Shown here: piece after piece, positions 1 through 9,830 of the stretch
Numbering within the stretch: the first letter of the stretch is position 1
How the letters are laid out: the number at the start of each line of letters is the position of its first letter
NCBI GenBank assembly: GCA_965218795.1
Contig: OZ244653.1
Span: 4,288,001-4,352,000 of the forward strand
From: a bacterium
GTDB lineage: Bacteria > UBA8248 > JACPRG01 > G963555815
DNA length: 64,000 nt
Reading direction: 5' to 3'
Made by a program: the position numbers and the translations under genes
The notes under the pieces: generated by a model
The model's input: the letters and a program-made list of their open reading frames with translations, nothing else
What the model was told of the DNA's origin: nothing
The model's database searches: none

Positions 1-196
1 GATCCATGACGCTCCGCATGGGAATGGGAATGAAGGGGATTCCGCGCCGGCGGGCTTCGCGTCCGATGCCGCTGTTCGACGGGCCGGCAATACGCACCCG
101 ATGCCCGCGGCGGCCGAGGTGTTCGGCCTCGAGGACCGTGCGGGCCTCCTGCCCTCCCCATCCGTCGGAGGATTCGGTATGGAGAATGTCAAGCAT
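1..196 (-). CDS. GT4-family glycosyltransferase, N-terminal part (runs off window start)
   Basis: Not in ORF track. Manual translation from ATG 196 gives MLDILHTESSDGWGGQEARTVLEAEHLGRRGHRV, a typical LPS GT4 N-terminus; it overlaps the upstream stop codon. Confidence 0.8.
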   Translation of the reverse strand, partial: MLDILHTESSDGWGGQEARTVLEAEHLGRRGHRVRIAGPSNSGIGREARRRGIPFIPIPMRSVMD

Positions 197-953
197 CCGG
201 TTTGTTCAACAGTTCGCGCAGGCGAGCGTACTTGGCAAAGACATAGAAAGCGTCGAGCCCGGCATAGATCAGGCCGTCCACACCATCCCGAAATCCGCCC
301 ACGGTCAAAAAGTTCCGGAGGAAACGCGCGGGTGGCCGCAAACAGAGATGGGTCCATCCCGGCCGGACGCCCTGCCGCTTCAGGTCGGCGGCGGCCAGAT
401 TCGCATACCGATCGAGCCTTCGAAGGAAGTCCCCCAGGTCGTCGTATGAATAATGCTCCAGCGCGCCCTGCAGGGTGCCCGTTCGCCCCTGGACCTCCAC
501 GGACTCATGGACGCTTCGGTCGTTGAACCGCCCGGCCCCCTTCCGGAAGAATCGCATTTGATGATCGGGATACCAGGACCGGCCCTTCATCCAGCGGCCG
601 CCGAAGATGTTTTTTCGGGGAATGAGGTAGCCGTCGCATTCCGGTCCCTGCGCGAGAAGGGCGCCGATTTCCTGCCGCAGCTCATCGGTGACGCGTTCAT
701 CGGCATCCAGGCTCAGCACCCAGCCGTGCGATGCGTGATCGATCGCATAGTTCTTCTGGACCGCAAAGCCCGGCCAGGAATTCTCCAGCACCCGCGCCCC
801 GCAGGCGCGGGCGATCTCCCGCGTATCGTCTGTGCTGCCGCCGTCCACCACGATGATTTCATCCACCCAGGAAAGGCTCTCCAGGCAGGGGCCGATGCGA
901 TGAGCCTCATCTTGCGCGATCACTGTAGCGGAGACCGGAGTGCCGTCATCCAT
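189..953 (-). CDS. GT2-family LPS glycosyltransferase (KdtX/WaaE-like beta-1,4-glucosyltransferase)
   Basis: VDEIIVVDGGSTD, WVLSLDADE and VHE motifs; start placed at ATG 953. Confidence 0.85.
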   Translation of the reverse strand: MDDGTPVSATVIAQDEAHRIGPCLESLSWVDEIIVVDGGSTDDTREIARACGARVLENSWPGFAVQKNYAIDHASHGWVLSLDADERVTDELRQEIGALLAQGPECDGYLIPRKNIFGGRWMKGRSWYPDHQMRFFRKGAGRFNDRSVHESVEVQGRTGTLQGALEHYSYDDLGDFLRRLDRYANLAAADLKRQGVRPGWTHLCLRPPARFLRNFLTVGGFRDGVDGLIYAGLDAFYVFAKYARLRELLNKPDA

Positions 954-1023
954 GGAACGCCGTCCAGGCCGGTGTTCGGCCGGAGATCTTCCGGCTGGTG
1001 ACCACCGGGTCGGAGAGCCGCCG

Positions 1024-1200
1024 CTAGCCCGCTTCGAGCGGCAGGGCCTCATCAATGAGCATGATGGGAATGTCGTCGCGGATGGGGTATTTCAGCTTGC
1101 AGGCATCGCAGATCAGGAAGCTCTCGTCGTCAAGCAGTCGAAGCTCCCCCTTGCACTTGGGACAAGCCAGAATCTCCAGCAGTTCCTTGTTGATTGCCAT
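1024..1200 (-). CDS. Trm112/YcaR-family small protein (58 aa)
   Basis: Missed by ORF track. Translation MAINKELLEILACPKCKGELRLLDDESFLICDACKLKYPIRDDIPIMLIDEALPLEAG; AAAGGAG RBS upstream. Confidence 0.9.
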   Translation of the reverse strand: MAINKELLEILACPKCKGELRLLDDESFLICDACKLKYPIRDDIPIMLIDEALPLEAG

Positions 1201-2164
1201 TCAATCGTCTCCTTTGTTGCCATTCGTATTGCTGTCGGATGCCGTCCATCAGTCCGACTTTCGGGCAAAATCCGAAATCCTTCGCCGCGCGGGAAATATC
1301 CGCCCAGGTATGACGAACGTCGCCCGCCTGCCGGTCCAGGAATTTTCTTCGCGCCTTGCGGCTGGAGACCTCCTCCAGGATATCCACCACCCGGTTGATG
1401 GAGGCCCGCTCGCCCCCACCGATATTGTAAACGCTTCCGTCCTTTCCTTCTTTCACCGCAGCCAGATTGGCATCGATCGCATCGCTGATGAAGGTGAAAT
1501 CCCGGGTCTGTTCCCCGTCCCCATAGATCTCGATTTCCCCATCGTCCAGAAGGGTCTCGATGAAGCGATTGAACGCCATGTCCGGCCGTTGCCGGGGGCC
1601 GTATACCGAAAAGTATCGGAGCGAAACGACCGGCAGGCCGAACTGTCTCCAGTAAAGATAGCCCAACTGCTCGCCGGCCAGTTTGGATACCCCATAAGGG
1701 GAAACCGGACAGGGCGTCGCATCCTCCGTCGTCTTTCCTTCCTCGGCCTCACCGTAAATCGAGGAAGAGGAGGCGTAGACAATCCGCTCCACGGAGCCCC
1801 CGCCGGAAGCGCCCAGCCCTCTGATCGTCTCCAGAAGGTGCTGGGTGCCGAGGATATTGTTGTCGGAATAGGTGCGGAAGAACTCGCCCCAACTGGCCCG
1901 CACACCGGCCTGGGCGGCCTGATGAAAGACCCAGCCCACATCCTTCAGGACCGGTTCGAGGACGATCCGGACCAGGTCGCCTTCGATGAATTCAAAACGG
2001 CTTTCCCCTCGAAGCCGATCCAGATTGGCTTCCTTGACGCCCCGGGCGTAGTAATCCGTAAAGCAGTCCAGTCCCCGAACCTCCAGACCGTCTTCGACAA
2101 GCCTTTGTGCGAGATTGGAGCCGATAAACCCTGCGACGCCGGTCACAAGGCAGCGTTTGTTCAA
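1130..2164 (-). CDS. NAD-dependent nucleotide-sugar epimerase/dehydratase (extended SDR)
   Basis: TGVAGFIG, HQAAQAGVR, YGVSK and YGPRQRPDM motifs; TTG start overlaps the waaC stop. Confidence 0.9.
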   Translation of the reverse strand: MNKRCLVTGVAGFIGSNLAQRLVEDGLEVRGLDCFTDYYARGVKEANLDRLRGESRFEFIEGDLVRIVLEPVLKDVGWVFHQAAQAGVRASWGEFFRTYSDNNILGTQHLLETIRGLGASGGGSVERIVYASSSSIYGEAEEGKTTEDATPCPVSPYGVSKLAGEQLGYLYWRQFGLPVVSLRYFSVYGPRQRPDMAFNRFIETLLDDGEIEIYGDGEQTRDFTFISDAIDANLAAVKEGKDGSVYNIGGGERASINRVVDILEEVSSRKARRKFLDRQAGDVRHTWADISRAAKDFGFCPKVGLMDGIRQQYEWQQRRRLNGNQQGTAGDSGLSQVQGGASTA

Positions 2165-3267
2165 GGCTGTTGATTCTCCCTTTGAGCAGCGACCGCACGG
2201 GGTCGGTTCCAGGAATCCAGAGCCGCGCCGGCGACCTCCTCGGGGCTCATCCCGGTCAGGCACCGCGTTCCGAATCCGGGGCAAACCCTCAGATAACAAT
2301 GGCTGCAGGAAAGCTCATGATGCACGATGGTCCCCCGAACGCCGCCCGGTCCCATCGGTCCGTTCCGCGCGGGGGTCGTCGGTCCCATGAGGGCAAGCGT
2401 CGGAACGCCCAGCGCGGCCGCCAGATGGAGCGGGCCCGTGTCTCCGCCGATGACGAGACCGCACCGCTCGAGGAAACCCGCCATCTCTCGAACCGTCGTC
2501 GGGGGGATGACCTCGGCGGAATCGTCCAACTCTTCGCACAGGGACGCGGCGAGCGATTCCTCTCCGGGACCCCAAATCACCAGGAGACGCGCTCCCGTTT
2601 CTCTGGCCAACGAAGTCCCCAATGCGGCGTAGCTTTCCACGCTCCAACGCTTGGTGGCCCAACCCGCCCCCGGATGAATGGCAATGGGCGGGAATTCCGC
2701 GTCTTCCCCCCGCTCGGCATAAAACCGGTCGGCGTTTTCCCGGTCCACGGCGGTGAGTCCGATGGGAAACTCGATGGGGGTGTCCCCCTTCAGTCCAAGG
2801 GGGCCCAGAAGCGAGAGGTTCCATTCGATAACGTGGGAATCTTTCGCGAAAAGCGGCACCCGTTCCGTATAAAAAGAGGCGGCCAGGGCTTCCCTGCAAT
2901 GGGGTGCATCGAACCCGATTCGTCTCCGGGCGCCTGTGATCCAGGATACCACGGCGCTTTTCAACAATCCTTGAAAATCGATTACGGCATCGTAGCGTCT
3001 GTCTCGGATCCGCCTGAATGCCTGGAGGGGGCCCGCAGTCCCTCGGTCGAGCCGGCGCCATTGCTTCGTGTCCACCGCCTGAACACCGTCCAGGCAGGGG
3101 TGGCCCTGCAAAAAGGGGATGTAAGCCGATTCCGTCAGCCAATCGATTCGGTTCGACGTAGCGGTTCCGTTCTCAATCTTGGGAAATGCGGCGCGCAGGG
3201 CTGATAACGCGGGGAGGGTATGGATGATGTCGCCCAGGGAGCCGAGGCGAATGATTCCGATATTCAA
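2161..3267 (-). CDS. waaC: Lipopolysaccharide heptosyltransferase I (GT9)
   Basis: RLGSLGDIIHTLP, DFQGLLKSA and DTGPLHLAAALG motifs. Confidence 0.85.
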   Translation of the reverse strand: MNIGIIRLGSLGDIIHTLPALSALRAAFPKIENGTATSNRIDWLTESAYIPFLQGHPCLDGVQAVDTKQWRRLDRGTAGPLQAFRRIRDRRYDAVIDFQGLLKSAVVSWITGARRRIGFDAPHCREALAASFYTERVPLFAKDSHVIEWNLSLLGPLGLKGDTPIEFPIGLTAVDRENADRFYAERGEDAEFPPIAIHPGAGWATKRWSVESYAALGTSLARETGARLLVIWGPGEESLAASLCEELDDSAEVIPPTTVREMAGFLERCGLVIGGDTGPLHLAAALGVPTLALMGPTTPARNGPMGPGGVRGTIVHHELSCSHCYLRVCPGFGTRCLTGMSPEEVAGAALDSWNRPRAVAAQRENQQP

Positions 3268-3279
3268 GGGCGGCGGTCC

Positions 3280-3786
3280 TTATTCCTTCACGTCCGGAGG
3301 CCCCGTTCGGGCGGCCAGTCGGTCGATCATCTCTGAGGAGGATCGCATCTTCGGGTCTCCGGTGATGGCGGTTTCGCCTCCGTATTCCAGGACGACATCG
3401 CGCTCCGGCACGGTATCGACCGTATAATCCGTGCCCTTGGCGTGCACATGCGGTTTGTAGAGCCTGAGCAGTCGGGCAACGTCCCGATCACCAAAAAGCA
3501 CAAGATAGTCCACGCAGAACAGGGAGGCCAGGATTTCCAGCCGGTCCTCCTCGTTCATCCACGGGCGGCCCTCGCCCTTGAGCATCTTGGCGGACTCGTC
3601 ATCGTTGACGGCGACGATGAGGACGTCCCCCAGAGAGCGGGCCTCGGTCAGGTAACGGACGTGCCCCACGTGGAGGAGGTCGAAGCAGCCGTTGGCGAAC
3701 ACGACCCGCCGCCCCTGGGCCTTCAGTTCTTTGACGATTTGCGCCAGGTCTTCCACGGAGAGGATCTTTGTCGTGTTCCGGGTCAC
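3280..3786 (-). CDS. rfaE2: D-glycero-beta-D-manno-heptose 1-phosphate adenylyltransferase (RfaE domain II)
   Basis: ANGCFDLLHVGHVRYL and KGTDY motifs. Confidence 0.9.
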   Translation of the reverse strand: MTRNTTKILSVEDLAQIVKELKAQGRRVVFANGCFDLLHVGHVRYLTEARSLGDVLIVAVNDDESAKMLKGEGRPWMNEEDRLEILASLFCVDYLVLFGDRDVARLLRLYKPHVHAKGTDYTVDTVPERDVVLEYGGETAITGDPKMRSSSEMIDRLAARTGPPDVKE

Positions 3787-4817
3787 AAGACCTCCAGCAT
3801 CTCACGGCGGGAAACGGTGGCCGTTCCGCGCTTCATCACGACCAGTCCTCCGGCAATGTTGGCCAGCTGGGCGGAAACCCACATCGAAGCACCGGCGGCG
3901 AGGGAGAGCGCGAACGCTCCGATGACCGTATCCCCCGCCCCGGTCACGTCGGCCACATCGTCCCCTCCGAAGACACTCAGCGCTTGTGGCGGGTTGTCCC
4001 CCTCGAACAGGACCATACCGTTTTTCCCGCGCGTGAGGAGAAGCCCGCCGAAGTCCTGCCGCTTTCGGACAGCCTCGGCTTCGCGGTACAGGTTTTCGTC
4101 ATCGAGTTCCTTTCCCCGATTCAAGGATTCGGGGACATGTTTTCCCACTTGGCCGATCGCTTCCCGCATCTCCCCTTCGTTGGGCGTTGCCGCAGTGATA
4201 CCCCGGAAGCCGGGCAGGCCAGACCGGGAATCCACCACCACGGGCAGTCCGCGGTCACGGGCGGCGCGGTCAGTGGCCAGGACGTTGACGGCCTCCACCA
4301 CCTTCGGGTGCACCACCCCCAGGCCGTAATCGGAGATCAGGACCGCGTCGGCCTCCTTGGCCATCTCATTCAACCGATCGATCAGGAGAGCGGTCACCTT
4401 GTCCGAAAGCCTTCCCTCCCACTCGCGATCGATTCGGATGACTTGCTGCATGGTGGTGTTGGATTGTCCGGCCAGGACGCGGGTCTTGACCGTTGTATCC
4501 ACGTCGGGGAGCTGCAAGACACCAGTGGTATCGATGCCGCGGCTTCTCGATAACTCCAGGATTTCTTCTCCGGGCGCGTCTTCGCCCAGGATGCCGATGG
4601 TCCGGACCTCGCCGCCCAGGTCCCGGACGTTGTTCGCCGCGTTGCCGCCGCCCCCGAGTCTCAGCTCCCGGTCGCGGTGTTTCAGGATCAGGACAGGCGC
4701 CTCGCGGGAGATCCGGTAGGTGGACCCGAAGATGTACTCGTCCGCAATGATATCGCCGAGCACGACGACGCGCCGTCCCCGCAAGGCTTCAACCCAACCA
4801 CGGAGAAGATCGCTCAT
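3783..4817 (-). CDS. rfaE1: D-glycero-beta-D-manno-heptose 7-phosphate kinase (RfaE domain I, PfkB family)
   Basis: RISREAPV, GGGGNAANN, SDYG and DVTGAGDTV motifs; ATGA overlap with the upstream gene. Confidence 0.9.
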   Translation of the reverse strand: MSDLLRGWVEALRGRRVVVLGDIIADEYIFGSTYRISREAPVLILKHRDRELRLGGGGNAANNVRDLGGEVRTIGILGEDAPGEEILELSRSRGIDTTGVLQLPDVDTTVKTRVLAGQSNTTMQQVIRIDREWEGRLSDKVTALLIDRLNEMAKEADAVLISDYGLGVVHPKVVEAVNVLATDRAARDRGLPVVVDSRSGLPGFRGITAATPNEGEMREAIGQVGKHVPESLNRGKELDDENLYREAEAVRKRQDFGGLLLTRGKNGMVLFEGDNPPQALSVFGGDDVADVTGAGDTVIGAFALSLAAGASMWVSAQLANIAGGLVVMKRGTATVSRREMLEVL

Positions 4818-5269
4818 CGGGAGGTCTCCAACTTCATGTCCCGGAGTATCCAGCGGGCGGCATCGTACAAATCCTCGACGACCGCGTCCGGGGCGTGCGT
4901 CCATTGAGGGGTGTTCCACTTCCATTCTCCCCGCCCGTAACCCGTCAGGACCAAGATCCCCCGGGCGCGGATTCGGGCCGCCAATTCAATGTCCACATAC
5001 TTGTCATCCACGACATAGCTGCGATGGAGCTCGAGCCGCAGGTCCTCTGCGGCCCGCTCGGCGAGCTTCGGCTCGGGTTTCCGACAGTCGCAGGCCCGAT
5101 GGAAGGACGCCACCCGGCCGTGCGGATGATGCGGGCAGTGATAATATGCGTCGATGCCGGCGCCGCGGGGAAGCAGGACGAGGCGGCTGATATGATTGAG
5201 ATATCCCATATCCTCGCAAATCGTTCCGTTGCGGTCGAGAAGGACGCCCGGCCTTCCTGAATTATCCAT
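4814..5269 (-). pseudogene. gmhB: GmhB-like heptose 1,7-bisphosphate phosphatase with internal deletion and catalytic-motif changes
   Basis: CPHHP...CDCRKP zinc motif present, but DRN replaces DRD, the TNQSG segment is missing, and the protein is only 151 aa. Confidence 0.65.
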
Positions 5270-6311
5270 GGGCCGGCTCGGTTTGGGCGCGGCTTGCGGA
5301 CCTCATATGCAGCTTCTCCCGGACCGCCTCAACCACTTCGTCTACGCCCATTTCCTCCATGCACTCATGGCCGTAGGGACATCGTTTCAGAAAGCAGGGG
5401 GAGCAGAACAAATCGCGGTGGAGAACCGTGTGAGAATCTCCCAGGGGTCCCGTGTGCCCCGGATCGGTCGGACCGAACAAAGCGACGACCGGCGTTCCGA
5501 CGGACGCGGCGGCGTGCATGGGGCCGGTATCGCCCGTCAAAAAGGCGTCGAGCCGCTTCAGGATCCCCGGCAGCACGGACAGGCTGTCGCGTCCCGCCAG
5601 ATTCACGGGCTCGGTTTTCGTCAGACCGGCGATCGATGTCGTCAACTGCGCCTCCTCGCGGCTTCCGAACAGGATGACCCGGGCGCCTTCGACTTCGGCC
5701 AGCCGATCGGCGACCGCCGCAAACCGATCCGCCGGCCAGAGCTTGGTGACGCCGAACCTGGCTCCCGGCTGGATGCCGACCACCGGTTCGTCATCCCGAA
5801 TGCCGTGCTCGTTCCAGAGCGCATCGGCGAAGCTGAGCGCTTCGCCCGAGATGCCGATCCTGGGTTCTCGGGTCATGATCGCCACACCTGCGTGCTCCAG
5901 CAACACAAGGTACTCGTCCATTTGATGCCGGGCTGCCCCGGAGCGGAAGGGAACGGGGTCTGTCAGAAGCAATGCGCGGCCGTCCCGGCTATAGCCGGTC
6001 CGGTTCCGCGCTCCGGATGCGTAGGCCAGCAGCGCGCCGCGAAACGAGTTGGATAGGACCAGCGCCCAGTCCATCTCTGTTCGACGGAATCGGGCCGCCT
6101 CCCGGATGTCTCGAACGGCGGCGCCCGTCCGGACAAGCAGTTCGTCAAGGTCGGGATGCCCGGCGAGAATCGCCGCGGCGCCGGGAGCGCCCAGATAATG
6201 GAGCCGGGCGGAAGGGAATGCCGCCCGGAGATTCGACAACACAGGGATCGACAGGATGGTATCGCCCAGCCAGGTCGGTCCGATGACGAGGATGTTGGCC
6301 GGAGGCTTCAT
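5262..6311 (-). CDS. waaF: Lipopolysaccharide heptosyltransferase II (GT9)
   Basis: GPTWLGDTILSIP and DTGPMHAAA motifs; start ATG 6311 overlaps the upstream stop. Confidence 0.88.
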   Translation of the reverse strand: MKPPANILVIGPTWLGDTILSIPVLSNLRAAFPSARLHYLGAPGAAAILAGHPDLDELLVRTGAAVRDIREAARFRRTEMDWALVLSNSFRGALLAYASGARNRTGYSRDGRALLLTDPVPFRSGAARHQMDEYLVLLEHAGVAIMTREPRIGISGEALSFADALWNEHGIRDDEPVVGIQPGARFGVTKLWPADRFAAVADRLAEVEGARVILFGSREEAQLTTSIAGLTKTEPVNLAGRDSLSVLPGILKRLDAFLTGDTGPMHAAASVGTPVVALFGPTDPGHTGPLGDSHTVLHRDLFCSPCFLKRCPYGHECMEEMGVDEVVEAVREKLHMRSASRAQTEPAHG

Positions 6312-7339
6312 GAGGCGCTCGTTTTGTGGGGAACGGAGGTCTTGGCAGACGCCTCGGCGGTCTGCACCCGGTCCAATGATCTCGGGCCGGGCGTCGGGAT
6401 GGGTTGGGTGCGCCAGCGCCGGTGCATCCAGAGCCAGTGATCGGGGCTCTGCCGGACGGCCTTCTCGATGGTCTGGTTGTATCGGCTCGTATTGGTCGCC
6501 AGGTCGGCCTGTACATCTCCCGTGCGGACGGTCGCAATCTCTTCTCCGAAAATGAACCGGTGATGGTACGGCGCATCCCGGAAAATGAAACCCGGAAAGA
6601 CGGCGGCTCCGGTCCGCTGGGCCAGCAGCGCGGGCAGAGGGGTCGTGCAGGCCGGCTTTCCGAAAAAGTCCACAAAGATTCCCTCGCGGTGGATCATGTT
6701 CTGGTCCATCAGGACGCCCAGCATTTCGCCCGCCCGCAGGCAGCGAATCGCATTTCGGATGGCGTCCTTGCGCGCCAGTACCCGGCATCCATACCGGCTG
6801 CGGAGGTGGTTGAGCGAACGGTCCAGCAACGGATTGTCGAGGGGGCGAACGATGAGGTTGAGCGGACCGTGACGCCGGGCCCAACACGGGGGCATCAACT
6901 CGAAGTGGCCGAAGTGGGCCGTAATGGTGATGACCCCCCGCCCTTGGGACAAGGTGTCCAGGATGGGCCGGTCCCCCAGCATCTCAACCCGGTCCAGGAC
7001 GCCTTCAACCCCACCTTGACCCGGGCGCCAGGTTCGGGCCCACTCGGCCAGCGTCAACCCCCATTGCCTGTAGGCGTTGCGGGCCAAGTCCTCAAGCAAT
7101 GCAGGCTCCATTTCAGGGCCAAAGGCGATTTCCAGATTCTTCCTGACCGTTGGGAGGCCAACGCCCGCCGCAAAGGCGGCCTTGGCCGCGGCTTGCGCAA
7201 TGGCCGCACCGCCTCTTTCTCCCGCCCCGTTCAGCAGTGAGACGAATGAGCGCAAGGCGGCCCACTCCAGAAGATTCCGGATCCCCGCCCCTATGCCTTT
7301 GTTTTTTCTGCGCCTTCTTCCCATAGCGGCGCGCACCAT
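6308..7339 (-). CDS. Lipid A late acyltransferase (LpxL/HtrB family)
   Basis: TAHFGHFE, LMDQN, FVDFFG and WLWMHRRW motifs. Confidence 0.88.
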   Translation of the reverse strand: MVRAAMGRRRRKNKGIGAGIRNLLEWAALRSFVSLLNGAGERGGAAIAQAAAKAAFAAGVGLPTVRKNLEIAFGPEMEPALLEDLARNAYRQWGLTLAEWARTWRPGQGGVEGVLDRVEMLGDRPILDTLSQGRGVITITAHFGHFELMPPCWARRHGPLNLIVRPLDNPLLDRSLNHLRSRYGCRVLARKDAIRNAIRCLRAGEMLGVLMDQNMIHREGIFVDFFGKPACTTPLPALLAQRTGAAVFPGFIFRDAPYHHRFIFGEEIATVRTGDVQADLATNTSRYNQTIEKAVRQSPDHWLWMHRRWRTQPIPTPGPRSLDRVQTAEASAKTSVPHKTSAS

Positions 7340-7524
7340 TTCGCAAATCGTTCGAAGAGGTCATTAAACCAGCCAGCCGCTCTTCATGTCAATATGGATA
7401 GGCCGGATTGAAAACGCAAAATGCATTTAAAATCAAATAGTTCACCCTGGCCTCCTCAGTGAATCGATGACTTTACTTCCGCGTGAACACTGGATTAACA
7501 TGCAGCGGATGAGGAGACACCAAC

Positions 7525-8742
7525 GTGCGGATTCTGACCCGGTACATCCTCAAAGAACTCGGTGCCTATCTTGGGATGGGCCTCCTTGTTTTCACGTTCG
7601 TTCTCTTCATGAACCAAATCCTTCACTTGACGGACCTCTTCATCAATAAGGGGATTCCCTTTGGGATGGTCTTCAGGATGATGTTGGTCGTCTCGCCCTC
7701 CATTCTCTTGGTGACCATCCCGATGGCCCTGTTGGTATCCACTGTGATGACCTTTGGGCGGATGTCGGCCGACAGCGAGAACGTCGCCATGCGCGCCACG
7801 GGCGTCAGTTTCTTCCGGCAGTTGGTCCCGGTGGGACTGCTCTCGCTCCTCTGCTATGCGGCTACCAATTATCTGGTGTTCTACGCACTGCCCTGGAGCG
7901 AGGCGCAGTTCAACGAGTTGAAGTTCAAGCTGGCGAGCTCGAGTGCGGCGACGACATCGATCAAGGAACGGGTGTTCAACGACGATTTCGACGGGTTGAT
8001 CGTTTACGTGAATGAGAAGCCCGCCGATGAGGAGATTTTGAAGGGGGTTTTGATCTACGACAGCCGCTCACAGGAAATTCCCCAGACGATTGCGGCCGAG
8101 GAAGGAGCCATGGTGACCCACCCGGAATCGCTGAGGGTATCGCTCCGGTTGCGGAACGGCTCCATCCATCAGGTCACGGAAGAAGACGAGAAGTACCAGG
8201 TGATCCGGTTTGCCACTTACGAGGTCAATCTTGACACCCGGTCTCTTTTGGGAGACGCCGGCAGACTGGAGCGGGCGGGGAAAAACCATTCTCTGTACGT
8301 CATCAAGGAAAAGCTGAAGCGGTACAAAAAGACCGACAAGCGCTACAACGACCTGCTGGTGGAGTATTACAAGAAGTTTTCGCTCCCTGTGGCTTGTCTC
8401 ATCATCGGTTTCGTCGGGGCCCCGTTGGGCGTTCAGAATCGACGATCCGGGAGATCGGGCGGCCTCGCTTTGAGCCTGATGATCATCATCATTTACTACA
8501 TTCTTCTCTCCATGGGGGAAGGGCTCGGTGACGGCGGCCACATCCCGCCAATGATTGCGATGTGGATCCCCAATCTCGCTCTGGCCGCGACCGGAGTGTA
8601 CCTGACCGTCAAAATTCATCGGGATTCGCCCTTCCGGCTGGCTGCCCTGGTCATTGAACGGATTCAGAGCATTCTCGAGAAGCTGCGGAATCGATTCCTC
8701 GCGCAGTGGATTGGGCCTGTGGGTGAGGGAGAGCAGGCGTGA
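7525..8742 (+). CDS. lptF: LPS export ABC permease LptF
   Basis: ILTRYILKE start, GRMSADSENVAMRATG, YjgP/YjgQ-type topology, paired with lptG. Confidence 0.9.
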   Translation: MRILTRYILKELGAYLGMGLLVFTFVLFMNQILHLTDLFINKGIPFGMVFRMMLVVSPSILLVTIPMALLVSTVMTFGRMSADSENVAMRATGVSFFRQLVPVGLLSLLCYAATNYLVFYALPWSEAQFNELKFKLASSSAATTSIKERVFNDDFDGLIVYVNEKPADEEILKGVLIYDSRSQEIPQTIAAEEGAMVTHPESLRVSLRLRNGSIHQVTEEDEKYQVIRFATYEVNLDTRSLLGDAGRLERAGKNHSLYVIKEKLKRYKKTDKRYNDLLVEYYKKFSLPVACLIIGFVGAPLGVQNRRSGRSGGLALSLMIIIIYYILLSMGEGLGDGGHIPPMIAMWIPNLALAATGVYLTVKIHRDSPFRLAALVIERIQSILEKLRNRFLAQWIGPVGEGEQA

Positions 8743-9821
8743 GATTGCTGACCCGATATGTGGGGATCCAGTTCCTTCGAATTTTTCTGGTCAGCCTGCT
8801 GGCTTTTCTAGCCATCTATCTGATCGTCGAATTCTTCGAGCGCGTCGATGATTTTTTGGAGAAGGGCACTCCGCTGAAACAGGCCGTCGGATATTTCGTC
8901 TACAAGACTCCTCAGATTCTCATGCAGGTGGGTCCGGCGGCCGTCCTCTTGGCCTCCGTGTTCTGTTTGTTGTTGCTGGGGCACAACAACGAGGTTACGG
9001 CGATGCGGGCCTGCGGACTCAGCCTGTATCGAATCTCCTATCCGATTTTAGTCTGGGGAGGCATTGGGAGCGTTGTCCTGTTCCTGGCGAGTGAGTATGT
9101 TCTCCCGGTGACCAACCGGAAGGTCAATCAGATTGTTCAGGTTTACATCAAGCGAAAGCCCCCGAAATGGGTGATCCGAAAAAACAATATCTGGTACCGC
9201 TCCGATAACCGGACCATCTGGCATATCCGGTCCTTGGATCCCGATCGGCAGATTCTCAAGGGGATCACGCTCTATCGCATCTCCCCGAAGGGAAAGGTGA
9301 TCGAGCGATTGGACGCCCAAACGGCGGGGTGGAACGGGAGCGTTTGGGTCTTCCGAAACGGGCATCATCGGAAGTTCCCTGAGAAAGGCGCGTTGGAGTC
9401 CCGGGCTTTCACGGAGGCCGAGGTCGCAGTCGTGGAGAAGCCAGCGGACTTCCTTCAGATCAAGAAAGAGCCGGGGGAGATGAATGTAGGCGAAATGAGG
9501 GATTACATTCGTGGGTTACGGGCCAATGGGGTGGACGATACGAAATACCGGGTGGACCTCAATGCCAAACTCGCCTATCCGATGGTGGGCATCATTATGG
9601 CGCTGGTCGGGATCCCGTTTTCTCTTCGGACCGAAAGAAGCGGGGGGTTGGCGCGTAGTATCCTGCTCACCCTGCTCATTGGCTTCAGCTATTTCATTCT
9701 TTTTTATGCGGGGATTTCACTCGGGCACGCCGGCAAGCTCCCTCCCTTCATTGCCGCCTGGTCGACGAATATCATTTTTGTGGCCACAGGTGTTTATATG
9801 ATGGCCACCGTTCGGGGGTGA
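8739..9821 (+). CDS. lptG: LPS export ABC permease LptG
   Basis: NNEVTAMRACGLS and PPFIAAW motifs; GTGA overlap with lptF. Confidence 0.9.
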   Translation: MRLLTRYVGIQFLRIFLVSLLAFLAIYLIVEFFERVDDFLEKGTPLKQAVGYFVYKTPQILMQVGPAAVLLASVFCLLLLGHNNEVTAMRACGLSLYRISYPILVWGGIGSVVLFLASEYVLPVTNRKVNQIVQVYIKRKPPKWVIRKNNIWYRSDNRTIWHIRSLDPDRQILKGITLYRISPKGKVIERLDAQTAGWNGSVWVFRNGHHRKFPEKGALESRAFTEAEVAVVEKPADFLQIKKEPGEMNVGEMRDYIRGLRANGVDDTKYRVDLNAKLAYPMVGIIMALVGIPFSLRTERSGGLARSILLTLLIGFSYFILFYAGISLGHAGKLPPFIAAWSTNIIFVATGVYMMATVRG

Positions 9822-9830
9822 ACCCCTTAC

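Noticed and set aside
6312-6887. N-terminal extension of the waaF ORF (541 aa in the track)
   Set aside because: It overlaps the lipid A acyltransferase gene; GT9 homology begins at ATG 6311.
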